The notes under the pieces: generated by a model | Told to the model about the DNA's origin: nothing | Database searches by the model: none | The model's input: the letters and a program-made list of their open reading frames with translations, nothing else | Source of the DNA: Geosiphon pyriformis uo1 | Taxonomy: Eukaryota; Fungi; Glomeromycota | Direction: 5' to 3' | Length of the DNA: 64,000 bases | Assembly: GCA_016748015.1 (NCBI GenBank) | Contig: JAAOMT010000239.1 | Coordinates: forward strand, 609,554 to 673,553 | Program-made: the position numbers and the translations under genes | Part shown: piece by piece, positions 53,301 through 64,000 of the stretch | How positions within the stretch are numbered: position 1 is the stretch's first letter | Layout of the letters: each line of letters starts with the position of its first letter

Positions 53301-54376
53301 TCGTTGATGTAGAAGTTGAAAGCTAATTCTGCTAAGTAATGGTTGTTGTTTAAGCCTAGCTGCTGACTGTACTGTTAAAATAAAGATTTCGCGAATCCTA
53401 GATGGTTTGTCCCTATTATTTCTGATTCTGCCACTTTTGGTTTGGTGTTGTTGGTGCTGGTTCTCTGTAGGATTATACCTCACAGAAAGCACCAAATGTT
53501 ATAGTTGAATTATTTGGAGTCTCAAGTCAAATAACAAACCCATAACTTGGTGCTCAAAAACTATTTCCGTCGATAATATTCTGAAAGTGTTGTATCTGAA
53601 GGTTTTGATGGAGTTCTTTGTATAATGGACAAAGATTCGATAGTGTGGTGATTCGTCATTTGTCAGTTGGTTCCCAATTTCTTTCTCAGCTTGGTGGCCG
53701 GATTTATTCTGGCAGTCATGCCCTTCTGGTAAGCTAACTAATAATATATATAAATCTACTCTTATTTCTGGGTCTTTTACCAGGCTATCCGTGACATCAA
53801 TAATTTAGCACTTTTAATCCTCAATCAATTAGTAGGCACAACAAAATCAAAGAAAGAAATAAATAAAATAAAGAAAATAACAATGATAAAGATAAACCAA
53901 GGCAATTTGGTAAGTTAATATCTCGTTAATAGCCATAATCAAGAGCTATTGTTCCAGTATAGTTAAGTATCAATTATTATCAATACTTCATGTTGATAGT
54001 AGAGAGTGGATTGAGATATAAAATAATTATTTATTTGATAATTGAGAATTGGAAAGTTGTTTTCTTTTTTTCTTTTTCTAAATCTAAACTGAGAGGTCTG
54101 TCTTTTCAGCTTCTAATCCTGCTGCTATATATACATAATTGAGATTCCTCAATTCCTCAATTCTTTATGACAGAAATCCTGGAATTTCTGGAATCCTGCG
54201 ATTTCTTTGAGAGGAATTCTGGAATTCTGGAATTCTGCGATTCCTCGTCAGAGAATCTTAAAATTCCTGGAATCTTGCAATTCCTGAGAGGAATCCTGGA
54301 ATTCCACATTTACTACGCCTACTTCTGATTGGCTACTAATCATGCTAATATATTTCCTATATTTCTATAAGTAACA
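50323..54376 (-). mobile_element. Ty3/gypsy element E (LTR family A), 5' half
   Basis: 5' LTR 53497-54376, PBS TGGTGCTTTCTGTGAGG, gag, LILDSGSAGS protease, start of the Cys-rich domain (CINCGKKL); close relative of A and B. Confidence 0.92.
53497..54376 (-). repeat. 5' LTR of element E (family A)
   Basis: Reverse complement of LTR-A; TGTTA..TAACA termini. Confidence 0.92.
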
Positions 54377-55012
54377 ATGGATTAGAGTAACAAGTTAACA
54401 GATAGCAAGGGAGAACAGAATTGTAAGGTGATAGAAATAATCAAAGGAAATTCAACTTTAAAGAGTGAATTAAATAAGTATGGATTCAATGTGCAAGATT
54501 AGTCTTATAAAATATCTCAATCGCTATACTTTTCAAAGATAACTGGGGAATCTGAAAGTAGAGAGATAGTTTATACTATCAACAAATGATTACACTTGGT
54601 ATAATTTTATGCTTCATGTTGGTACTCTTAGAATTCAATATTAAGTATCAGATGTGCTCTTCAGTCACGTTTTATTTAATAATTTTCAAATGCTACAATT
54701 ACACATTTCAGAAAAAGGGTAGAAAATAACCAACAAGTAATCTTTTATCCCAAAATGTTCAGATACTTAAAAGTAGGGAAAAGGAAATTAGCGATAAGAG
54801 AAGGGTTGAGATAAAGTTATTTTTTTATTTTTTTATTTCTTTGATTACTACATGCTTTTCTACAGTTAAGAGATTCATTGCTTATATAGCTGTTAAAAGT
54901 GGTCAATGATCAGATCAATGATCACTTTCTAAAAATAGAGTGGCTAATTTATGTAATATCAGTGGTTAATATATGTGATAATTAATAAAAAGTATAAGTT
55001 TCAACCATAACA
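54377..55012 (-). repeat. Probable partial LTR of a fifth family (H), inserted in element F RT and interrupted by E
   Basis: Ends CCATAACA exactly where F RT sequence resumes; TATATAAG box on the minus strand at ~54882-54889; no second copy in the window. Confidence 0.55.
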
Positions 55013-55635
55013 GTAGGATTAGTCTCTTACTATTAGAAATTCATCAAAGGATTCTCAGAAATTGCCAAACCACTCAACTATCTTACCAATAAAAACGTGC
55101 CATACCAATGAACTGAAGAACAACAGAAAGCCTTTGACACTTTCAAAACAAAATTGACAACAGCTTCAGTTTTTGCTTACCCAGACTTCAACAAATGGTT
55201 CCAATTAGCCATTAATGTCTCACACATAGCTTTTGGTGCCATTTTATCACAATTAGATAAAAAGGACCAAGAATAAGTTATTGCTTATACCAGCAGAACA
55301 CTCAAGCCAACAAAACTCAAATATGGCTCAACTAAATTAGAAGCTGCCACAGTCATTTGGGCTCTCAAACACTTTCAACAATATCTGAAGAATGGAAAAA
55401 AGTTTGACATCATAACTAATAATATTGGTCTTAAATGACTCAATAAAAAGAAAACTGAACAAAGTGCCAAATAGTCTCAATAGAATGATTTCTTAACAGA
55501 CTACAAATACATTGTACACCACAAACCAGGAAAACTACACATCAATGTTGATAGTCTCTCAAGAATGAGACAAGATTAACACCACCAACAATTCTATTAC
55601 AACTTATCATTACTAACAAAAACAGCAAAACAACA

Positions 55636-57000
55636 ATGAATCTCAGAAATTATACCAATTTTAAAAACTATTTGGAGACTTTTACCATGTTAGAAAATTG
55701 GTCTCCAAGTAAAAAACATTGATTACAACAACAATCCAAACAATATTTTATACATTACAACAAAATCTATTACAAAAATTGCAAAAACCCAAACCAACCA
55801 CTCAGATTAATACAGGAAAATGAAAAAAAAAACAATTCTATACAACATGTACACAGATCCTTTTTTAGCACATTTGAGAAGAGATGGAACCATCCAAAAA
55901 ACTCTTGAACATTATTTTTGGCTCCACATGCAAAAAAACATTTGACAATATGTAGAATTTTGTGATAGTTGTCAAAAAAGAGAAGGAATTTGTTCCACAG
56001 AACCTTTAAATCCAATCAAAGTTGGACAACCTTTTGACAGAGTTGAAATTGATTTAGTCAGACCATTACCTATCACAACTTAAGAAAATCATTATATTGC
56101 AGTTGCAGTAGATTATCTCACCAAATGGCCTGAAGCTAGAGCCATCCAAAGAGCAGATACAAAATCAATAGCAAATTTTATCTATGAAGACATTATTTGT
56201 AGACATGAATGCCCAATTGAACTTTTATTTGATCAAGAAACACATTTTGTAAACAACTTAATACAAGAAATTTGTGAACAATTCAATGTCAAAAGACTTT
56301 ATCATCATCTTATCACTCTTAAACAAATGAACTTGTAAAACATTTTAACAGAACATTGTGTAAATCTCTAGCCAAAGTCTCAACAGATTTTGAGCAGAAA
56401 TGGGATATCTTTATTCTATTAGTGTTACTAGCATACAGAATACTAAAACAAGATACTATGAAACACACATCATTTGATTTAACTTATAGAAAGACAGCAA
56501 TATTATTAATTAATTTCACAGTAAAAACATACTCTGGGCAACCAATTAATAAAGAGAACTTTTAAGAAACACTCCAAAAAAGGGTCTACACTCTTCTTAG
56601 TACACTGGAAGAAAAAAAAAAGATAGCAGCAACTCATATTGAATAGTTTCAAGCCCAACAAAAAGAAAGACATGACAACAAATTACCACTCATTACCAAC
56701 AAATTTAAAGTTAGAAATAAAGTTTTCTTATACAGAACTAAGGCTGAAAAACAATAGAGTGGAAAATTTGAAAACAAATAGGATGGACCATTTTATATTT
56801 ATGAAATTCTAGACAATGAATTATATAAGTTAAGACTTGATAACAAAGTACTAGCATAAGTTGCACATGGAAATAGATTGAAACACTATTATTCCAGAAA
56901 CAATCCTGAACCATTAATTCCACAAATTGGTATACATTCTCCTTTAGTTAATCTTGAAGATATTTTCCAAAATTTAGAACCAATAATTATAATAGAATAA
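55636..57000 (+). pseudogene. Element F integrase, separate ORF with its own ATG
   Basis: MNLRNYTNFKNYL..CDSCQ..DYLTKWPEA..DGPF..LEPIIIIE*. Confidence 0.82.
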
Positions 57001-57171
57001 CAGCCAAACTTGAACACTTAATTCAACATAATTTTACAATAAACTTACAAAACATAAATCAAAAATAGTAAATAATTACAAAGAAATTTTTAAACCCAAA
57101 AACAAATAAAAACTCCATATTCAAAAATAATTTTCTTTATTCTCTCTTTTTATTAATTAGTCATTTTTATT

Positions 57172-57783
57172 ATGATTATTCCCCGAAATATTCAACAAAT
57201 ATCCCAAAAATTAATATTAGCCTTAAAAACACTTCCTGACTTATCCATAACAATTAATGGAAGTTAAATTAACCCCTATAAAAGAAAAACAAGAAGACAC
57301 TCTGAAAATAGGTTACCAAAACTTTTAAAGCAAGCACTGAAAGAAAACTTTTTAACTGCCTCTATTGACATTCCACCAAATGCCACAATTCAACAAAAAC
57401 TTTTACTATTTCTTAATGAACAGAACAATAAATATACCCTTATATATAAATATTTTCATATTAGAAAAACATTTTATGAACGAAAACTTAAACTTGAAGC
57501 AACCAACATTACTCTTAAGGCCATACAAAAATAAATTCAAGACAACAGCTGGATTAACAAACACTTGCTACAAACTTAGAGCAGCATTTAGACTCTATAA
57601 TTTATTCAACATTTGTGAAAACATCTTACCAAATCCAATACTCTATCCAATAAAAATTCAATACATTGGAAAGCTTACAGAACTGAAATTTCAACAATTT
57701 TCAGACCAGATTACTTCAATTATCTTAGACCACTATCTTAATATCACAGATAGTGCTTGGACTTCAATAGAGTTCAGTCTTGA
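57172..57783 (+). pseudogene. Element F ORF3 (frameshifted), homologue of A ORF3
   Basis: MIIPRNIQQ..ITING..YKYFHI..RAAFRLYNLF..IGKLT..F..QIT..DFNRVQS*. Confidence 0.7.
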
Positions 57784-57794
57784 AGAGGAGATTA

Positions 57795-59501
57795 TGTTAC
57801 CAGTAGAATTTTAGCTATTAATTAGCATGAAATCACCCTTATAATTTCTATATTTAATTAGCATACATTATTATTAATTTGATTATTATTTATTATTTAA
57901 TCAAATTAACAAATATCATTACTCAATCAATAATCCGATTTGTACTCTAGAAATTAAGATAATCAAATTACACAATACCTTGAACCTTTTAACATAGTTA
58001 AAATTTGCCGAAATTAATGAAAATTTGCCAAAATAATTAATAGTTCAGTGAAATAACATGTAAATTTGCTGAAATATATTTTTAGTTTACCCAAATTGTA
58101 GCAAAGAGAAAAGTGCAAGTTCAAAGACTAGTATTACAACAAATTGTATAAAAAAAGAGCTTCTCTCTTCAAAAAAATGTATCTTCCTATAGTATCTTAA
58201 CATAGTATTCTACTTTAGATATCTTAATTAAAACAAATCATCTTTTACACATTCAAATAAAAATTAAATATTTGAAAACCAAATCCTTAAATTATTACAC
58301 TTGAAATTCTCTCAACACAACTAACATTTTAAAATTAATTAGCTACCAATTTCAATAATCTGTTAGTGACTCCAGGCCTGAATAGAAAATGTTTTTCTTA
58401 ATAAAGTCTTATTTCTTTTATATTTCTTTCTTTTCTTATTATAATTATTAGAGTAGTCTATAGACAAGATTTTTGTAGAAAAGTTGACTTTCACAGCAAA
58501 ATAACTACACATTTTAGTGAACTTCCAGATGAACAATTCCTGGGAAAGAGTTGATGTTTACTACAATGTAACTACATAAAGTAATTGGTATTACTCATAG
58601 AAATATAGGAAATATATATTAGCATAGTTATTAGCCAATCAAAAGTAGACATAGTCAAATGTGGAATTCCATAATTCCTTTTAGGAATTGCAGGATTCCA
58701 GGAATTACAGAATTCTCACAAAGAATCGCAAAATTCCAGAATTCCAGGATTCTTCTCAAAGGAATTGCAGGATTCCAGAAATCCCAGGATTCCTGTTGTG
58801 AAGAATTAAAGAATTGAGGAATTTCAATTATGTATATATAGCAGTAGGATTAGAAGCTAAAAAGACAGATCTCTCAGTTTAGATTTAATCTAAGCAACTC
58901 TCCAAATCACAATCATCTAATAAATAACTATTTGTTATCTCAAATTCATTTCCACTATTAACACTTCATGTTAATAGTAATTGACACTTAACTATACTGG
59001 AACAATAGTTCTTGATCATGGCTATTAATAGAATACTAACTTGCAAATTGTCTTGGCTTATTTCTTTTCTTTCTTTATTTTCTTTTTTTTTCTTTATTTT
59101 CTGCTTTGATTTTATTGTTGTTTACTAACTCTATTGAGGATTAACACACAGAGCATTGACATCAGAATAAATGTGACTGGTAAAAGACCCAGAAATAAGA
59201 ATAGAACACTTGATTGAGGATAGCTTACCAGGAGGAATACCAGCCATCAAGCTGGAAAAAAATTGACGAAACTGTGGTTTCGGAAAGCTATAAATAAAAC
59301 TATCACCACTGAATCTCTGTCTATTATACAAAGAACTCAACTAAACCCTTTGGATACAAAATTTTCAGATACCAAACCTTCAGATCATTGACAACAAGAA
59401 TAGCTTTGAACACCAAGTTATGGGTTTGTTATTTAATCCAATACCAGAAATTGCCACCTGTAACACTGGCAAGGAATTGGCCATTTCACTTATAAGCCCA
59501 G
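57795..59501 (+). repeat. 3' LTR of element F (family B): 57795-58588 and 59466-59501
   Basis: TGTTACCAG start after the PPT; collinear with 59502-60355. Confidence 0.87.
58589..59465 (+). repeat. Solo LTR, family A
   Basis: T(A)TTACTC..TGTAACA; TSD TTGG/CTGG; the host LTR sequence resumes immediately after. Confidence 0.9.
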
Positions 59502-60489
59502 TGTTACCAGACAAAATTAGAAATATTATTTAGCATGAAATTATCTTATAATTCCTATTATTAATTAGCATATATTATCGTTTCAAATGATCACTTATTA
59601 CATTAGCAAAAATGTCCGAAATTATCATTTAATTAATAACCCAAATTGTACACAACACAAATATAACCTAATTGCAATGATCAATCATGCAATACCCTGA
59701 ACTATATAACATTCAAAAGTTTGCTGAAATTTGTAGAAATTCACCGAAATAATTGATAGTTTACCAAAATATCTAATAGTTTGCAGAAATAACTTGTAGT
59801 TTGCCGAAATGTATCTTTAGTTCAGTGAAATTGTAAAAAATAGCAAAGTTCAAGTTTATAGAATAGTGTTACGACAAGTTGTATAAAAGAAGAGCTTTTC
59901 TCTTTAAGAAAATGTATCTTACTTTAGATTTATCACTTAGAACCATTCCTACACACACAAAAAGAAATAAAATATCAAATAATTTAAAAAACCAATTTTT
60001 TTAAAATATTGCACTTGGAAAATCTCCAAAAAAAAAACCCAACTAACATTTTGAAATTGATTAGCTACCAATTTCAGTAAACTGTTAGTGACTCCAGACC
60101 TGAATAGAAAAACGTTTTTCTTGACAAAATTCTATTTCTTTTACATTTCTTTATTTTTCTTTTCTTTTCTTATTACAATCATTTGGGTAGTCTACAGACA
60201 AGATTCCTGTAGAAGAGTTGACTTTCACAGCAAAATAACTACACATTTTTAGTGAGCTTCCAGACAAGCAATTCCTGGGAAAGAGTTGACATTTACTACA
60301 ATGTAACTACATAAAGCAACTGGTACGGAATTGGCCATTCCACTCATAAGCCCAGTAAGTTCAAATTATAAGAAATAATTTGAAGATAAATTCAGTTACT
60401 GGAGGTCCAACTACTTTCTGGAAACGTGAATTCACAACAAATTAACATTAACAACATTCGAGAAAAGAGACCAAAAACCTCCAGTAACA
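59502..60489 (+). repeat. 5' LTR of element G (family B, 988 bp)
   Basis: TGTTACC..AGTAACA; TAGTTTGCCGAAAT-type array at ~59718-59840; TGTATAAAAG TATA box. Confidence 0.9.
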
Positions 60490-63400
60490 TTTGGTGCTCT
60501 CCCACGGAAACAACACAGCAAAAAACAACTTCAAAGTGGCGACCACACCAGACACAACAACTCTAAAGTATTACCAGTCAATTTACACCCACTGCAAGCA
60601 AAGATTCAACATTCCAGACGGAATTGAAGTTGTCAAGAAATCAGTATACCAATACATTGAAAACCGCATCAACAATTATCTTTTTGGAAATTACAATATC
60701 TCAGAAGTTAGAAGCAACTTTTACAATAATTTAGCACACTATTCACAGTTGGGAACTGAAGACCTTAACAGTGAAATACTTGCCACTTACTTTCATGAAC
60801 TTAATTTTAACATTATCAAATACTGTGAAGAAACATATCCAGTGCAGTCTCAATACACTATTGATTTTGAATTGGAAACAGAAACAAGCAACAAAGACAA
60901 AAAACAAATTGAAGCAATACTCAAGAACCACCCCAAATACTCCAACACTACCAAAAACAACTGCCAAACATTTACAAACACCTGAACAAGGAACCAGTTC
61001 AAAATTTCCACTTACTATCACATCTTTTCCAGCTTCACTTGCACAATCACAAACACCTAATTCACCCTTGAATCGATTTGCAAGACCAGAAGATTTTACA
61101 TCACTCAAAAGTCCCACCAGACAACAAGAATCCTTTCAAACTAGTTCTAATCTCCTTGATTTTCTAGCTGAAAATCAAAATGAACACTCTAAGACAGCAG
61201 CAAACAAAAAAAAATGACTCTGAAATAACTGAAGAAGAATCAATAGACAGTAAAAATGAAGAAAACGAAATGACAACATACATTGTAAAAATCCCTGAAT
61301 TCAATGGAGAAGATATTGAGACCAGTCCCCAAGAATGGCTCGACCAAGTTACTAAAGCTGGAGATGCAAATGGATGGAATGCTGTCAGAATGTTAAGAAC
61401 AATTCCCTACTTTCTCAAAGAAACAGCAGGAGAATGGTTTGAAAACTTGGCTGCCCCATTCAATGATTGAAACACTTTTAAAGCAGCTTTCCTTAAACAG
61501 TTTACCAACAATAATACTTCTATCACCCTTCGCAATCGTTTTCGAAATATCAAACAAAAACTCTCTGAATTTGTTATGACTTATATTGGGAAATTCAACA
61601 AACTTTTCAGACAAATTCGCCAACTTGAAACAAACAATTATTATTCTAATGCTCAAATCTTGGATCAATTTATTGCTGGTCTAAAAGATAAACTAATTAA
61701 AAAGGTTTGCCCACATGCGCCAGAAGATTTAAACTCTGCCATACAGCATGTGAAAAGATATGAAATGGCCATGGAAAAGACCAATCGCACAAAACTTATA
61801 AATTTGGCAATTGGAGAAACCAGCTCAGCAGCTAAGGAAAAAATTAACCAACTCACAAAGAAGGTTGAAAACTATTTCACCAATCAACAACAACAGCAAC
61901 CCCAAAGATATCAACCACCCCAAAAACGAAATCAAAATAACTTTGCACTACTTTCTAATAACCAGCCTCAGAATTGCCATTACTGTGGAATCTCTGGCCA
62001 CTGGAAAAGAGATTGCAGAAAGCTACAACGAGACCAACAAAATAGAAGTAATCAATGTTACTCTCCACCACAGCAATCTTATTATCAACTACCATCACCA
62101 GCTTACTATCTACCAAAACTCCAATACCAAAGTAACTATTATCAGTTCGCCCCATAGCCAATCCAACAGCAATACCAACAACCACCCACACAACATTATC
62201 AAGTACCTGCTCAAAGACTGATTACATAAAATCAATTCACACCACAAAACCGATACCATGTAAACAACAATAGAATCAGTTCAAACAACCAATTAGTTCT
62301 CTGAAATTCCACTCAACCAAGACCCAACCACTACCACACTCAACCCAGTTATTTAACAATACCAGAAGAACAGGATTTTCATCATACTGCACCCTCAGAA
62401 GGTAGAGCTACAGCACAACAACAAAACTCTTCCTATACTCCCACCACAATCCCACCAGCCAGAATCGCTGAAAACACTAACCTTTCAGATATATTCCCTT
62501 TTGAGTTTGAAGCGAATGAGTCACCATTCCTGCTTAGCAATACAGCCGCCAATGAACAAAAAGCAATCACGGCTATGTACACTAAAGCAGAAGTCAAAGG
62601 AAAGACAGTTCACTTGATTCTAAACAGTGGATTCGCCGGAAGCATTATCACCTACCAGTTAATGCAACAGTTGAAGAGAAATGTCGACCAACCAGCTCAA
62701 ACAGTAATCATTACTGCTGATGGCATGAAAAAGACCCCAGTAGGAGAAATTGACAATTTTTCATTCACTCTTGATGGAATCACCATTCCAGTCAAAGTTC
62801 TTGTAATGGATGCACCCCAGTACCAAGCTCTTGTTGGAAATGATTGGCTTCAAAAAGCCAATGCTAATCTGAATTGGGAAACACAAGAGTTAACAATCTC
62901 TTACCAAGGACAAAACGCCCGGGTATCTGCCACTTGTGGTACATTCAACAAACACTCTGAAAAAGCCCCAGCTTTTGAATTTGAACCAGAAGAAGAAAAA
63001 CCCTTCATTGAAACATTCATGGCTCTTGGATCAATGTTCAACTGGGCCGATGAAACAGAACAAAAACATTTTACCCCACACTCTGAACCCGAAACCTCTA
63101 GATGAAATATCCCTTACTCAAAACCCGAACCAAGAAAACAACGCCCCTATATTCTCCTTAAATGTAAGGACTGCCACAAGAAACTATCGTCAATGGAAGC
63201 CTGCATTTTACCTGAAGAAGAATATGAATATCATACTTGTTATTACTGCAAGGCTTACCACAGAGAATGATGGGGCCATCTAATAAAAAGAAGCGAAAAA
63301 TGGGACAACACTCCTTGTTTGACTTGTGGAGATATGCTACCGGAAGAATATAATTGGATTGATGTAGTAATGAGAGGAGGAGTCTGCGATCAGATCTGCC

Positions 63401-64000
63401 AATATGCTTTATCAATTTCAGAAAAAGTAAAAAGAGGAACACCCTTTAATGCAGCATACAACAGTGCTTTTAACAAACTTTATCACTACCCCCATGATGC
63501 TGAGATAATTTTCGACCTAGCAATAGCATTAATTAATGGAGCTACCAAAGAAGATATCCATCAAATGAAGGAAGCAGAATACATTGAATACACTATGGAA
63601 TTAGCTGAATTCGATTACGAAGATAAAATAGAAGTCTACCACCAAATTGCAAGTCATACCTACCTAATCCAAGAAGCTCAAATTCAACAATTAAAGCAAA
63701 TGAACATTAGGCTATGTGAAGAATGCATTATGCCTTGTAATAAACCGTGGTGTCCTGAATGCTACGCTCTTAGTATCCCTTTGTCCAGTGAAAATGATGA
63801 GAACAAAATTGAATTTGGAGAACTTGAAGCAATGGAAGAAATTGAAACAACACTCATTTACCTTATCGAAAATCAGTCTGCCTTACAACTTAAATACTTC
63901 AACAACAACGAACAAAGAATAAAACTCGAAAAAGCACACAAAATTGATGCTAGATATAACCTAAGATATCCAGGCAAAGATATTCTTGTTCTCAAACCCA
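59502..64000 (+). mobile_element. Ty3/gypsy element G (LTR family B), runs off the window
   Basis: 5' LTR 59502-60489, PBS TGGTGCTCTCCCACGG, gag (CHYCGISGHWKRDC), PR, Cys-rich domain ~63160-63765, start of dUTPase at ~63890. Confidence 0.92.

Larger units (their letters stand above)
55013..59501 (+). mobile_element. Ty3/gypsy element F, 3' half (RT end, RNase H, integrase, ORF3, PPT, family-B 3' LTR)
   Basis: GLVSYY*KFIKGFSEIAKPL; DSLSRMRQD* at 55577-55579; integrase ATG at 55636; PPT GAAGAGGAGATTA; LTR from 57795, interrupted twice. Confidence 0.88.

Overview
Eukaryotic, AT-rich, almost wholly transposon-derived window. The kinase type and element families suggest a Glomeromycotina-like fungus (inference). 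It holds one apparently intact host gene, a 2-3 exon tyrosine-kinase-like kinase at 20196-21670, in a CpG-retaining island flanked by extremely AT-rich relics. There is one near full-length L1-like LINE with RNase H (10118-~16905, minus) and several LINE fragments. The rest is a deeply nested pile of Ty3/gypsy-type LTR retrotransposons (elements A-G here, five LTR families, TGTTA..TAACA termini, 4-bp TSDs). All copies are pseudogenised, but comparing them reveals a shared, unusual genome plan: (1) Gag appears to start at a conserved GTG, not ATG. (2) A single Gag-PR-[~250-300 aa multi-CxxC domain]-dUTPase-[dUTPase-like]-RT-RNase H frame stops at the same codon just after RNase H in all four informative copies. 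(3) Integrase is a separate ORF with its own start, resembling stand-alone Ginger/GIN1-type integrases. (4) A third, ~205-aa non-Env ORF ends at the polypurine tract. Other signals are C-to-T decay in all dinucleotide contexts, a YR-centred target-site rule, PBS fold-back hairpins and family-specific U3 tandem arrays. Coordinates were counted by eye; N gaps inside element C limit certainty there.
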